This document shows positions 1 through 9,476 of a stretch of DNA of 64,000 nucleotides, piece by piece. The notes under the pieces were generated by a model. That model ran no database searches. It saw only the letters and a program-made list of their open reading frames with translations, and had not been told where the DNA came from. The stretch's first letter is position 1. Each line of letters begins with the position of its first letter. Origin of the DNA: an uncultured cyanobacterium (GTDB lineage: Bacteria; Cyanobacteriota; Cyanobacteriia; Pseudanabaenales; Pseudanabaenaceae); NCBI GenBank assembly GCA_963703315.1, contig OY969811.1:3360001-3424000 (forward strand). The letters run 5' to 3'. The translations under genes were made by a program, and so were the position numbers.

Positions 1-288
1 TTGACGGGCTTCTCCTAATAAAACTAATTGCGAAGTTCCATTGCCTGATGGTTTTAATAGAATTGGATTCATTTCGACAATAGGACGCATCCCGCAGGCG
101 ATCGCTTGGACTGCTTGCGCTCGACCTATTTCTCCTCCCTCTAAGGTCACGTAGGAGTTATTCGACATATTTTGAGCTTTAAAGGGAGCAACCTTTACCC
201 CGTTGCGTCTCAGCCATGCACCCAATGCTGTCACCATCCAGCTTTTACCAGCATTAGATGAGGTTCCTAAAACAGAGATGGCTTTCAT
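1..288 (-). CDS. cobQ: Cobyric acid synthase, 5' part (runs off window)
   Basis: Manual translation from ATG at 288: [62 protein letters not shown]...MNPILLKP. Contains the GT-S-AGKS and PFKAQNMS motifs; divergent from cbiB. Confidence 0.92.
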   Translation of the reverse strand, partial: MKAISVLGTSSNAGKSWMVTALGAWLRRNGVKVAPFKAQNMSNNSYVTLEGGEIGRAQAVQAIACGMRPIVEMNPILLKPSGNGTSQLVLLGEARQ

Positions 289-300
289 AGGTGATAAGTT

Positions 301-359
301 AATAAAGGACTAATTTTTGTGGCGCGGCAAAGCCGCGCCACAAAAATTAGTCCTTTATT
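301..359. repeat. Perfect 28-bp-arm palindrome (REP/MITE-like), loop AAA
   Basis: aataaaggactaatttttgtggcgcggc-aaa-gccgcgccacaaaaattagtcctttatt; a degenerate relative lies at about 23590-23655. Confidence 0.9.
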
Positions 360-377
360 TTACTGCGTGTCTCTTCC

Positions 378-1388
378 TTGTTAGAACTATTTCCCAATCA
401 ACTAAATACCAATTTTCTGATTTTGATTTTGGCAGCCATTCTCGATCGCCTGATTGGTGATCCTGTAAATTGGCTGCATCCAGTACAGGTAATCGGCTGG
501 ATGATTACTCAATTCACAAAATTAGTAATGCTTGAAGATTCTGAAACTAAACAGCGTATTCCGCGATTTTCGCCAGTAATTATGAAACTCTCAGGTGTCA
601 TCTTGGGACTGAGTATCATTTTCGGAACTGGGGTATTAAGTTGGTTGATGATGATCGCTGCTGCCAAAATCTATCCTCTGCTCGCGATCGCCTTATCGAG
701 CATCCTCTTAGCCGCTTGCTTTGCAGGACGTAGTTTAGAGGATGCGGCTAAGTCGGTTTTAACTGTTTTAGCAACGGGCGATCTCCAACAAGCGCGACAA
801 GAGTTAAGCCGCTATGTGGGGCGCGATACTGATAATTTATCAGAAACAGAGATTTTACGGGCAGTGCTAGAAACTGTCACCGAAAATGCGATCGATGCCG
901 TGACCTCGCCATTGTTCTATGCCCTGCTTGGTTCATTTTTATTTCCCTATGGTGGTGTCGCTTTGGCGATCGCCTACAAAGCAGCTAGCACTCTTGACTC
1001 AATGGTGGGATATCGCGAAGCCCCCTATAGCGATCTCGGTTGGTTCAGTGCCAAAACCGATGATGTGCTGACTTGGCTACCCTGTCGCCTCACCGTGATT
1101 ACCTTAGCCTTATTTTCAGGCAACCCGATCTATGTCTGGCAAATTTGTCAAAGGGATGCAAATCAAGACCCTAGCCCTAATTCAGGTTGGAGCGAATGTG
1201 TTTACGCGGCGATCTTGCAAGTACAGTTAGGGGGCGAAAATCGTTATCGAGGTGTTGTCAAGCAGAAACCTTTATTAGGAGATGCGATTGAGGCGATCGC
1301 TGCACCCAAAATTGATCAAGCTTTAGGATTAACCCGTACCTGTTTTCTGATTTGGCTTAGTTCTGCTCTATTACTCCCTTCTCCGTAA
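378..1388 (+). CDS. cbiB: Adenosylcobinamide-phosphate synthase CbiB/CobD
   Basis: DxLIGDP..HPV, LSRYVGRDT, YKAASTLDSMVGY and SPNSGW motifs; membrane helices. Confidence 0.93.
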   Translation: MLELFPNQLNTNFLILILAAILDRLIGDPVNWLHPVQVIGWMITQFTKLVMLEDSETKQRIPRFSPVIMKLSGVILGLSIIFGTGVLSWLMMIAAAKIYPLLAIALSSILLAACFAGRSLEDAAKSVLTVLATGDLQQARQELSRYVGRDTDNLSETEILRAVLETVTENAIDAVTSPLFYALLGSFLFPYGGVALAIAYKAASTLDSMVGYREAPYSDLGWFSAKTDDVLTWLPCRLTVITLALFSGNPIYVWQICQRDANQDPSPNSGWSECVYAAILQVQLGGENRYRGVVKQKPLLGDAIEAIAAPKIDQALGLTRTCFLIWLSSALLLPSP

Positions 1389-1416
1389 GGTTTTGATCGC
1401 TGTCGCCATTTGTCAA

Positions 1417-1461
1417 CCAAAAGAAGAGTTGTAGCGCTTCGCGCTACAACTCTTCTTTTGG
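1417..1461. terminator. Palindromic element / bidirectional terminator between convergent genes
   Basis: ccaaaagaagagttgtagcgc-ttc-gcgctacaactcttcttttgg. Confidence 0.75.
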
Positions 1462-1464
1462 ATT

Positions 1465-2601
1465 TTATTTGCTGATTTGACGACATTCTTCACTAGATAT
1501 TGACTGAGCTTTACCATCAGGCAAAATTTTGACACAGGCAATATCATTCTTGGGCGCAAAGAAAATCGTATAAATGGTTCCGCCAATAAGCAATATAGAA
1601 AAGATCGGTATTAAAAGTTGCCAAGACAACCATTTTGGTCGTAACTTTTGCTTGATATTTGCCAATTTTCTCTGAACGAAAATAATATTTGGATGTCCAG
1701 AATGTAGCGATCGCTGATAAATTTTGAGGGCTTGCTCATACAGACTTTTTACTTCTGGATAACGCCTTTGTGCATAATAAATTGATGCCAAATTGACCAG
1801 ATTTGTCGCAATTTCTGGTTCTTCACCTAATATTTTTTGTTTGATTGCTAATGCTTTTAAAAAGATTGCCTCCGCTTTCTCATACAAAGCCTGTGTATTA
1901 TAAATAGCTGCTAAGTCAAGCATAATACTTGCCACATCAAGATGCTCTTCCCCAAGCAGTTGTTTTCTCAAAGCGATCGCCTCTAAAAACAATGGCTCCG
2001 CTTTACTAAATTTATTTTGTGAATAATAAAATGTCGCTAGATCAATCAGGCAATTCACAAAACCAAGATGTACCTTGCCATAGGATTTCTGTGTTAATAC
2101 TAAAATTTGTTGGAGCGTTCCCTCAACTGCATCCGTGTAATTTCTAGATTTGAGATATGTTTTGGCTAGATTCTTTAAACTCTCTAAAAAAATATCGATA
2201 TTGCCATTGACATAGGGCGGTTCTGGGTCAATTCGATAAAAGGCGCTACTGTCACTGCTAAATACAATTTCGTCACCATGCATCAGCACCCAATGATCTC
2301 GACGTTCCCCATTAATTTGCAGACCATTTGTACTTTTGCCTTTTTCAGGATTGCCATCACTCAGTCGAAATAGCTGAAATAATGGCGGCTCAGTTAATAC
2401 ACCTGTTAAAGTAGCGTGTTCGCGAGAGACTAATTGCGATCGCACGACAATATCATTTTGAGGAGATCTACCGATTTTATAAAATCGATCATCTAATAAA
2501 ATGCCTTGCACTCCCTCAGGATCTTTAACAACTAAGGAATGCTCAAACTGACTACCTTCAACTACGGTTGAATCTTGTGGGATCATACGCTGATTAGCCA
2601 T
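1465..2601 (-). CDS. FHA-domain + TPR-repeat protein with C-terminal membrane anchor
   Basis: FHA motifs IGRS..NDI, VSREHA and STNG; kinesin-light-chain-like TPRs (KAEPLFLEAIALRKQLLGEEH); hydrophobic C-terminal helix. Confidence 0.85.
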   Translation of the reverse strand: MANQRMIPQDSTVVEGSQFEHSLVVKDPEGVQGILLDDRFYKIGRSPQNDIVVRSQLVSREHATLTGVLTEPPLFQLFRLSDGNPEKGKSTNGLQINGERRDHWVLMHGDEIVFSSDSSAFYRIDPEPPYVNGNIDIFLESLKNLAKTYLKSRNYTDAVEGTLQQILVLTQKSYGKVHLGFVNCLIDLATFYYSQNKFSKAEPLFLEAIALRKQLLGEEHLDVASIMLDLAAIYNTQALYEKAEAIFLKALAIKQKILGEEPEIATNLVNLASIYYAQRRYPEVKSLYEQALKIYQRSLHSGHPNIIFVQRKLANIKQKLRPKWLSWQLLIPIFSILLIGGTIYTIFFAPKNDIACVKILPDGKAQSISSEECRQISK

Positions 2602-2647
2602 AGGGTAAAACGTAATCGCTAATTATGAAGTATCACAATAGTCAACA

Positions 2648-2750
2648 TATAGCAAAACTTTTTTTGCTTAGGATACAAACCCAGAAGAGAGTTGCGGCGC
2701 TCCGCGCCGCAACTCTCTTCTGGGGCTTTAGTTTGTATTGCTTTGCTATA
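2648..2750. mobile_element. Short palindromic MITE-like element (family B variant, tatagc...gctata ends)
   Basis: Terminal tatagcaaa/tttgctata and central hairpin cccagaagagagttgcggcgc-tcc-gcgccgcaactctcttctggg. Confidence 0.7.
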
Positions 2751-2815
2751 TTAAGAAATTTCAAAATTATGACCTTGTTTAAAACTAATCTACCCGTCTC
2801 AAATTTGCAACAATA

Positions 2816-2856
2816 TTAAAAAAAAGAGGAGGTGCTTTGCACCTCCTCTTTTTTTA
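2816..2856 (-). terminator. Hairpin with T-tract overlapping the accB stop codon
   Basis: aaaaagaggaggtgc-ttt-gcacctcctctttttt. Confidence 0.75.
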
Positions 2857-3348
2857 ATTGGCTTCGACTCTCATCAAAACTTGACCATATTCAACAGGCT
2901 GGGTGTTATCCACCAAAATCTCTACAATTTTGCCAGTAGCCTCAGATTCGATCTCATTCATCAGTTTCATGGCTTCGATGATACAGACAGTACTTCCTTT
3001 TTTGATACTGTCGCCCACTTCGACAAAGGGGGCTTCATCTGGACCAGGAGAACGATAGAAAGTCCCCACCATTGGCGAAGTAATTTCGATTAACTTCTTC
3101 GCAGGTAGCGAATCGGCGATCGTGGTTGTATGAGCTACAGGACTGGTTGTGGAATTCTCGACTACTGATACCGATGGTACTGCGGCAGCTACAGGAATAT
3201 GAGTTGGCTGGGGTGCAGCTACGACAACTTTATTTTCGCTTTTACGGATACTCAGACGCAAATCGCCTGATTCTAGAGTCAGTTCGGTAATATCCGTCTT
3301 ATTTAGAATCGTGACTAGTTCACGTAATTGCTCTAAGCTAAATTCCAC
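2854..3348 (-). CDS. accB: Acetyl-CoA carboxylase biotin carboxyl carrier protein
   Basis: SPMVGTFY and EAMKLMNEI biotinylation motif; GTG start abuts the efp stop. Confidence 0.97.
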   Translation of the reverse strand: MEFSLEQLRELVTILNKTDITELTLESGDLRLSIRKSENKVVVAAPQPTHIPVAAAVPSVSVVENSTTSPVAHTTTIADSLPAKKLIEITSPMVGTFYRSPGPDEAPFVEVGDSIKKGSTVCIIEAMKLMNEIESEATGKIVEILVDNTQPVEYGQVLMRVEAN

Positions 3349-3909
3349 CTAATTTTCACGCCCCAAATACGTGTCTTCACGAGTATCAATTTTAATGCGA
3401 TCGCCAATGTTTACAAACAGGGGAACGTTAATCGATGCACCTGTTTCTACCTTTGCCGACTTACTACCACCCGTAGCTGTGTCACCTTTCAAGCCTGGAT
3501 CGGTTTCAATAACCTCTAGGACAACGGTGTTAGGCAATTCCACTTCAATTACGCGATCGCCCCAACGGACAACGTTAACTTCCATGCCTTCTTTAATGTA
3601 TTTGACACGGCTACCAATTTGGGCAGTGGTCAAATTTGCTTCTTCATAGCTCTGCATATCCATAAAGACATAATCTTCACCGTCTTTATAGGTATGTTGC
3701 ATGGAACTTTTTTCCAGAACTGCTTGAGGAACCATTTCCCCAGCTCTGAAGGTTCTTTCGAGGTTTTTGCCTGTCATGGCGCTTTTGAGGGTGGTGCGTA
3801 CGAATGCCGAACCCTTACCAGGCTTTACGTGTAAAAATTCAACTACACGCCAGACTTCGCCATCAAGTTCAATTGTTACGCCGGGTCGAAAATCGTTACT
3901 AGAGATCAT
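3349..3909 (-). CDS. efp: Elongation factor P
   Basis: [12 protein letters not shown] and [13 protein letters not shown] motifs; efp-accB linkage typical of cyanobacteria. Confidence 0.98.
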   Translation of the reverse strand: MISSNDFRPGVTIELDGEVWRVVEFLHVKPGKGSAFVRTTLKSAMTGKNLERTFRAGEMVPQAVLEKSSMQHTYKDGEDYVFMDMQSYEEANLTTAQIGSRVKYIKEGMEVNVVRWGDRVIEVELPNTVVLEVIETDPGLKGDTATGGSKSAKVETGASINVPLFVNIGDRIKIDTREDTYLGREN

Positions 3910-4090
3910 TGCAGATTGAGTAATAGCCGATGACTATTTTAACGTAGCGATGTAACGTTTGAGACAAAAAAATATAAAAACCGCAAACAAACGATTGCAA
4001 TCGTTTGTTTGCGGTCATCGCTATAAAGCGCCCCTTCCTACTTTTTGGGTAATTGCTATAGAATTGAGTTTTTAGAGGAGCGATCGCCCC

Positions 4091-4408
4091 ATGTCAGTAA
4101 AAAAGCAGTTTGGTAGTTTTGATGAGTTGTTAGAAAGCTCAGAATTGCCTGTTCTCGTCGATTTTTATGCTCCTTGGTGTGGTCCTTGCCAACTTATGAC
4201 AGGGATTCTCGATAAGGTAAGTGAGACGATGAAAGATAAAGTCCAGATTGTGAAGATCAATACCGATAACTATCCTGATCTTGCCTCTCAATATAAGGTT
4301 TACGCTTTACCCACTCTAGTTTTATTTAAGGATGGAGAGCCTGTCGATCGCATTGAGGGCGTAATTCAAGCTGATCCCTTGTGCGATCGCCTTAGTGTTC
4401 ATGCTTAA
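4091..4408 (+). CDS. trxA: Thioredoxin (probably y-type)
   Basis: VDFYAPWCGPC active site; SD-like GAGGAG upstream. Confidence 0.92.
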   Translation: MSVKKQFGSFDELLESSELPVLVDFYAPWCGPCQLMTGILDKVSETMKDKVQIVKINTDNYPDLASQYKVYALPTLVLFKDGEPVDRIEGVIQADPLCDRLSVHA

Positions 4409-4409
4409 G

Positions 4410-4445
4410 CATTAAAAAAGCACCCTGACGGGTGCTTTTTTAATG
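4410..4445. terminator. Bidirectional terminator hairpin
   Basis: cattaaaaaagcaccc-tgac-gggtgctttttt between convergent genes. Confidence 0.8.
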
Positions 4446-4456
4446 AAATGAAAAAT

Positions 4457-5188
4457 TTATAAATTAGGATCAATCCCCAACTCTCGCAATTTAGCAGCCA
4501 AGGCTTCGGCGCGTTGATACTCACGTTCAGCACGTTGACTTTCTTGTTCAGCCTTCTCAGAACTCCATAGCAACAAGTTACCATCCCTGTCCCACCACCG
4601 CAGCCAACTTGTAGTAGTTAAGGCTCTGGTTCCTGACCATATTCCTAAAAACAAGTTTAACTCGGCAATCCAGACTCTACCATGCTCGTCCTTGGGCTGA
4701 ACTACATAGCGACCATCTTGTAAAACTCGAACTTCTAGGTTTTGTTCATAAGGATCGTAGGTGACATAGACAGGAACTTGCAAAATCTGCTCATAGAAAT
4801 AGAGCTTGCCGTAGGGTGGGGTCGATCGCACTGAGAACTCACCACCATCAGTATCCGACAAAAATTCCATCACGATACTCACTGCACCACCTTCACGGTG
4901 AGGAGTATAGCTACGACGAATCACGCCTTGATCGGTGGGATAAACGTGGGGTACATATAGCCAGTCAGGAGCCTTGACCACAATCTGTTTATTGACCGTA
5001 GCCACTAGTCCAAAATTGGAAACCATCAGCGCATCGTCTGGAATTAAATTCGCTGCGAGCAGCGCGTCACTGAGGGCGGCGGCTAATAATGGTTGCTGTT
5101 CGTTTTCCACAGGATCGTCAGGTAAAACATAGTTGGTGGGTAATGGCTCCCAAGTGATTTGCGGCTTAGTAGCAATCTGAATGACCAT
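4457..5188 (-). CDS. Uma2-family (PD-(D/E)xK-like) putative endonuclease with coiled-coil tail
   Basis: LPDDPVEN, APDW, MEFLS and YEQILQVP motifs; tail AEALAAKLRELGIDP. The ATG at 5188 is preferred because the ORF-track extension runs through a palindrome. Confidence 0.88.
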   Translation of the reverse strand: MVIQIATKPQITWEPLPTNYVLPDDPVENEQQPLLAAALSDALLAANLIPDDALMVSNFGLVATVNKQIVVKAPDWLYVPHVYPTDQGVIRRSYTPHREGGAVSIVMEFLSDTDGGEFSVRSTPPYGKLYFYEQILQVPVYVTYDPYEQNLEVRVLQDGRYVVQPKDEHGRVWIAELNLFLGIWSGTRALTTTSWLRWWDRDGNLLLWSSEKAEQESQRAEREYQRAEALAAKLRELGIDPNL

Positions 5189-5222
5189 AGGTTGCTCCTT
5201 TGATGGGACTCTAGTAAGAAGA

Positions 5223-5261
5223 TTTGAGAGAGTGCGCCCCCAAGGGGCGCACTCTCTCAAA
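5223..5261. repeat. Perfect palindrome downstream of COG0523 gene
   Basis: tttgagagagtgcgcccc-caa-ggggcgcactctctcaaa. Confidence 0.8.
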
Positions 5262-5265
5262 TAAT

Positions 5266-6369
5266 TTAGACAAGGCAATCGTTAAGCTGGGCTAGTAGTT
5301 CTTCACGGTGTAAATTGCGCCCGATAATTACTAGTTGTGTATTTATAGGCTTGCTGCGATCATCATTTTTTAGTTCATAGCGCTTGCCACTAAGTTGAAA
5401 GACATAGCGATTATCGATGCCAGCGAATTGTAAAATGCCTTTGGCTCTAAACACATCGATGGGTAATTTCTTATCTAAGAAATCTTGAAACTTGTCGAGA
5501 TTAAAGGCGCGATCGCTTTGAAATGAAATTGATATAAAACCGTCGTTTTCTAGGTGATCAGAATGATGATGATGCTCATGATCGTGATGCTCATGGTTAC
5601 ATTCGGGATCGTGGCAATGCTCATGGGCGTGGGGGCTGCCATGATCGTGATGGTCGTGTTCGTGGTGATCATGCTCTTCAGCTTTGTGGCTAGGCGCGAT
5701 CGCTGACTGGTCAATCTTCACATCAAGAATTAGCGGCAATGGCACAGATCCTAAGTGCGATCGCAAAATTCTAGCTTTAGTCTTAGTTTTATTAATGTAA
5801 GCTTCTAGTTCTTGAAGCTTTTCTTCAGTCACTAGATCAGTTTTATTGAGAATAATAATATCGCCATACATAATTTGGGCATAAGCGGCATCACTATTAA
5901 AATGCTCTGAGGTAAAAGCTTCAGAATCAACTACAGTCAAAATTGAATCAAGACGAGTTAAATGTTGTAGCTCTGTCCCCAAAAAAGTCAAGGCGATCGG
6001 CAAAGGATCGGCAACGCCCGTAGTCTCTACGATCATGTAATCAATGCGATCGCCTCTTTCGAGAACCTTGTACACAGCATCAACTAAGCCATCATTGATC
6101 GTGCAGCAAATGCAGCCATTGCTCAGTTCCATCATGTTTTCATCGACGGCAACTAACAACTGACTGTCAATATTGATATCGCCAAATTCATTAACCAAAA
6201 CCGCAACTTTTAAATCCTGCTGGTTTTGTAAAATGTGGTTTAGTAAAGTGGTCTTGCCACTGCCTAAAAAACCAGTGATGATGGTAACTGGCATCCCTCG
6301 TTTGGGTACGTCTACATCGATAATGTCTTGTGTCAGGACTTCTGTAACATTGCGATCGGAAGTGAGCAT
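5266..6369 (-). CDS. COG0523/CobW-family metallochaperone GTPase with His-rich insert
   Basis: GFLGSGKTT, NEFG, GCICC, ETTG and NKTD motifs; long His-rich stretch; CobW_C-like end. Confidence 0.93.
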   Translation of the reverse strand: MLTSDRNVTEVLTQDIIDVDVPKRGMPVTIITGFLGSGKTTLLNHILQNQQDLKVAVLVNEFGDINIDSQLLVAVDENMMELSNGCICCTINDGLVDAVYKVLERGDRIDYMIVETTGVADPLPIALTFLGTELQHLTRLDSILTVVDSEAFTSEHFNSDAAYAQIMYGDIIILNKTDLVTEEKLQELEAYINKTKTKARILRSHLGSVPLPLILDVKIDQSAIAPSHKAEEHDHHEHDHHDHGSPHAHEHCHDPECNHEHHDHEHHHHSDHLENDGFISISFQSDRAFNLDKFQDFLDKKLPIDVFRAKGILQFAGIDNRYVFQLSGKRYELKNDDRSKPINTQLVIIGRNLHREELLAQLNDCLV

Positions 6370-6434
6370 GGTCTTTATGCAAGAATAACTTTAGCCTTCA
6401 TCTTAACAGTCTCGATCCCGCTCTGTAGATCCTC

Positions 6435-6911
6435 ATGCCAGTTCCTGAACCTTGTATTGCCTTCAGTGTTGATGATATTTTAGCTGCTTTAGAAGTGCGT
6501 CTAGACATAGAAGAAGCGATCGCCAAGCAACCACTTACTCAAGCATTAGAGCAATGTTTAATATTTACCCAAGCCAACGACTTGATCGAATTAGCTAGGT
6601 TTGTAAAGCAGGAACTTGACGGCTATAGAGATCAACCACCCACTAATCGCTATGTTCAATTGAGTTATTTTGATAATGGTGGACAACTCATCAGTGGATT
6701 GAGTCAATACAGTAGCTATCCTTTAGTAACAGGGGTTCGCAAACTAGAACTTCACCTTAAAAATGGTATGACGTTGATGTTGCCCACCAAGATTTTGGCT
6801 TTTTTGTCAGAGGTTTCTGGTCGCACAGTTGACATTGGTCATGTATCACCATCTGAAATCAATAGACTTTTAAAACAAATTCGTAATGAGATTATCCAAA
6901 AGTTGCATTGA
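6435..6911 (+). CDS. Hypothetical protein, possible AbiTii-like domain
   Basis: 158-aa ORF; ELARFVKQELDGY...R and C-terminal SEINRLLKQIRNEII resemble the AbiTii pattern (from memory). Confidence 0.6.
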   Translation: MPVPEPCIAFSVDDILAALEVRLDIEEAIAKQPLTQALEQCLIFTQANDLIELARFVKQELDGYRDQPPTNRYVQLSYFDNGGQLISGLSQYSSYPLVTGVRKLELHLKNGMTLMLPTKILAFLSEVSGRTVDIGHVSPSEINRLLKQIRNEIIQKLH

Positions 6912-6938
6912 CTAAATTGATTGACTAGATTGTATTGA

Positions 6939-7283
6939 CTAAACCCATTCTAGTTTTAGGGCAGGCATTAAACGCTGCAAATTTTTTAGGGATTTTCCTT
7001 GCCAAGGTATACTTTCAGAACCTTGTACAGTGATACTAATCGTTTCTTTTTGACGAACTTTGATGACGAATTTAGATAGAACATTAATACCTGAACTATT
7101 TAAAAATTCCAGATGACAGAGATTTAAAATGAGCTTTGACGGTGCTTGCTCAATTACATACTCTAAGATACTGACGATGGGAGCATATTCTTCTGTGCCT
7201 GCTAAACGCAAAGATCCCCAACAATGGATACAATTATCTGATGGATCATACCAGACTTGATAATCATCCCCTTTAACTTCCAT
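6939..7283 (-). CDS. Slr1659-like STAS/anti-anti-sigma protein
   Basis: LNLCHLEFLNSSGI phospho-acceptor motif; PWQGKSLKNLQRLMP C-terminus. Confidence 0.8.
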   Translation of the reverse strand: MEVKGDDYQVWYDPSDNCIHCWGSLRLAGTEEYAPIVSILEYVIEQAPSKLILNLCHLEFLNSSGINVLSKFVIKVRQKETISITVQGSESIPWQGKSLKNLQRLMPALKLEWV

Positions 7284-7315
7284 TCTTCATCCTCATAAAA
7301 GTTTAATTCATTTAC

Positions 7316-7393
7316 ATCAGGGAAATTTTTGAAAGTGCCGCGAAGCGGCACTTTCAAAAATTTCCCTGATTTTCATTCAGCGCAAAGCGCTGT
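7316..7393. repeat. Palindromic element (family E)
   Basis: atcagggaaatttttgaaagtgccgc-gaa-gcggcactttcaaaaatttccctgat followed by tcagcgcaaagcgctg; the same layout occurs at about 26743-26822. Confidence 0.75.
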
Positions 7394-7398
7394 GTCTA

Positions 7399-7986
7399 CT
7401 AAAGAGGCAACTGCACCATTGTAGTTACTATTGTCACATGATGACTATCTGGAACTTGTTCAAACTTCCATCCTAACGCTGCCTCATAATCCATGAGCAT
7501 AGTCAAATAGCCCAGTCCAGATTTTTGTGATTCATCATGATCAACACTTTTTTCAACTTGGTTAATATATATTTCACCAATATCACCAGTCGTAATTTCT
7601 TTTAGGTAAGACTGAAAATTGGCGATCGCATCTTGATGCACACTATTTTTAGATAAAAATATCAGATGATCGCTAAATAAATGCACCTCTAAATTAATTG
7701 GTTGACCTGCATTTTCATCACTATATTTCATTGCATTTTCTAGCAATTCATTAGCAATAAAACTAACCGCAGATCTAATTTCAGATTGCTTACTGATATC
7801 AGCATTCGTGTCTCCGGGGAAAAAATTTCTGACATAATCTCCTAGAAAATCGGCTGATAGTCCATTTGTTTTCCATCGTAGTTGGATTGGCAACGATGAT
7901 GGTGAAAATCCTAGAACTAGGAATTCGCTTCTTTCTGAAAAGTCTTCTGTGAATTTTCCAAAAATTTGCGCCATAATTAACGCCAT
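7399..7986 (-). CDS. Slr1658-like GHKL/anti-sigma-type kinase
   Basis: N-box NELLENAMKYS and G-box SGLGYLTM; sits upstream of the STAS partner. Confidence 0.8.
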   Translation of the reverse strand: MALIMAQIFGKFTEDFSERSEFLVLGFSPSSLPIQLRWKTNGLSADFLGDYVRNFFPGDTNADISKQSEIRSAVSFIANELLENAMKYSDENAGQPINLEVHLFSDHLIFLSKNSVHQDAIANFQSYLKEITTGDIGEIYINQVEKSVDHDESQKSGLGYLTMLMDYEAALGWKFEQVPDSHHVTIVTTMVQLPL

Positions 7987-8043
7987 TTTTAATGTTGATA
8001 TTTACTGGGAATTGCTAAAAAATTTTGTAATATTGTACAAACT

Positions 8044-8138
8044 TACAGCACTTTTCAGACTAGTGAAGTACGGGTTTGTGTCCCCGTCTTCGGCGGGGAC
8101 ACAAACCTATGTACCTCGCTTGCTTGAAAAGCACTATA
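8044..8138. mobile_element. Short palindromic element (family D)
   Basis: cagcacttttcagactagtgaagtac...hairpin...gtacctcgcttgcttgaaaagcacta; relatives at about 22872-22950, 26679-26702 and 44447-44523. Confidence 0.65.
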
Positions 8139-8196
8139 TAGCAACTCTACCTCTTGTACTATGTTTAGGGATATGGCGCAACCTGCTACAGAACCA

Positions 8197-8241
8197 CCCT
8201 AGAGAAAGTGTCGGCGCTAAGCGCCGACACTTTCTCTAGGG
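8197..8241. repeat. Perfect palindrome
   Basis: ccctagagaaagtgtcggcgc-taa-gcgccgacactttctctaggg. Confidence 0.8.
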
Positions 8242-8315
8242 CTAACATGATCGGTTACAGATCTAAATAGCCAAAAACTTTGATAGTAATCTAATTAAAA
8301 CTGTTGGATAAACCT

Positions 8316-8534
8316 ATGTCTGCCAATCTCGACGATGCACAAAAGCAGCCAAATTTAGAAAAATGGTTTATTTGTAAACGGGATACTGGAATCTGCGAAA
8401 TTGTCAATAGTAGTAGTAGTAGCAAAGCAGAACTGACTGATGCTATTGAAACTTGGGGCGCTTTTAATTCTCAAGGAGAAGCGATCGCCAAAAGAGTCGG
8501 GCTAATTCGTGCTGGCAAATGTCAACCGATCTAA
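8316..8534 (+). CDS. Small conserved cyanobacterial hypothetical protein
   Basis: WFICK..TGICEIV and WGAFNSQGEAIAKRVGLIRAGKCQP pattern; ATG at 8316 (TTG at 8304 is possible). Confidence 0.75.
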   Translation: MSANLDDAQKQPNLEKWFICKRDTGICEIVNSSSSSKAELTDAIETWGAFNSQGEAIAKRVGLIRAGKCQPI

Positions 8535-8589
8535 AAGCCCAAGCAGGAAATTCGACACTTTGTGTCGAATTTCCTGCTTGGGCTTTTAG
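8531..8589. repeat. Perfect palindrome starting at the upstream stop codon
   Basis: ctaaaagcccaagcaggaaattcgacac-ttt-gtgtcgaatttcctgcttgggcttttag. Confidence 0.85.
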
Positions 8590-8662
8590 GTTTGTCAGCT
8601 ACGATGGTAGCCGTGAAGCGCTACTATAATACGGGACTACATTTTCTGGAAAATTTTAAGCC

Positions 8663-9457
8663 ATGATATCCGTTTCCGCTCGATTTGAAGAACTGCGAGC
8701 TAGAGGGCAAGCTGCTCTGATTCCTTTCATTACGGCTGGCGATCCTAACTTAGAGGCGACAGCAAAGGCTTTGCGGATCTTGGATCAAAACGGCGCGGAT
8801 TTAATTGAGTTAGGTGTGCCTTATTCTGACCCACTAGCCGATGGTCCTGTGATTCAGGCAGCAGCCACAAGAGCTTTGCAAAATGGCACAACCTTAGAAA
8901 AAGTTTTAGATGTTGTTAGACAGGTCGCCCCTGAATTGCGATCGCCGATTATTTTATTCACCTATTACAACCCCATCCTCAACATTGGTGTAGAAACGTT
9001 TCTGCAAAAAATTTACGAGGCAGGCGTACGTGGTTTAGTCGTACCAGACCTGCCCCTTGAAGAATCTCATGTTTTGTTAGAACCTGCCCAAAAAGCGGGT
9101 ATCGAAGTAATTTTGTTGATCGCCCCGACTAGTCCCCCTGAGAGAGTTGCCGCGATCGCCGCAAAATCACAGGGCTTTATCTATGTCGTTAGTGCTACAG
9201 GTGTTACGGGAGTACGGACTGAAGTTGCTAAGGGTGTGAAGATTATGATCGAGCAACTGAGAGTGATTACCGATAAACCGATCGCCGTTGGTTTTGGCAT
9301 TTCGCAACCAGAACACGCTAAGCAGGTCATCGATTGGAACGCTGATGGGGCGATCGTGGGTAGTGCGATGGTCAGAAAGTTAGCCGAGCCAGATGGTGGT
9401 TTGCACGCGATCGCTGAGCTTTGCAAGACTCTCAAGCAATCTATTCGTAGGGATTAG
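8663..9457 (+). CDS. trpA: Tryptophan synthase alpha chain
   Basis: [28 protein letters not shown] and VGFGIS motifs. Confidence 0.98.
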   Translation: MISVSARFEELRARGQAALIPFITAGDPNLEATAKALRILDQNGADLIELGVPYSDPLADGPVIQAAATRALQNGTTLEKVLDVVRQVAPELRSPIILFTYYNPILNIGVETFLQKIYEAGVRGLVVPDLPLEESHVLLEPAQKAGIEVILLIAPTSPPERVAAIAAKSQGFIYVVSATGVTGVRTEVAKGVKIMIEQLRVITDKPIAVGFGISQPEHAKQVIDWNADGAIVGSAMVRKLAEPDGGLHAIAELCKTLKQSIRRD

Positions 9458-9476
9458 CATTTAGGGATTAAGACTT

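Noticed and set aside
2625..2819. 64-aa ORF, and similar ORFs at 7949, 23658, 26478, 40317 and 47988
   Set aside because: They run across palindromic elements and translate the repeat (KRELRRxAPQLSFGF, RVAxLRAAT); not credible genes.
5189..5278. N-terminal extensions in the ORF track (also 28831-28875, 43751-43795, 61174-61197)
   Set aside because: They cross hairpins or neighbouring genes, or use weaker start codons; downstream ATGs fit the family N-termini better.
289..6434. Cobalamin riboswitch or Zur box near cobQ/cbiB/COG0523
   Set aside because: Intergenic gaps are short or filled by palindromes, and I saw no recognisable motif.
8316..8534. Small ORF as the transposase for the nearby elements
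   Set aside because: Too short, with no DDE or HUH catalytic motif.
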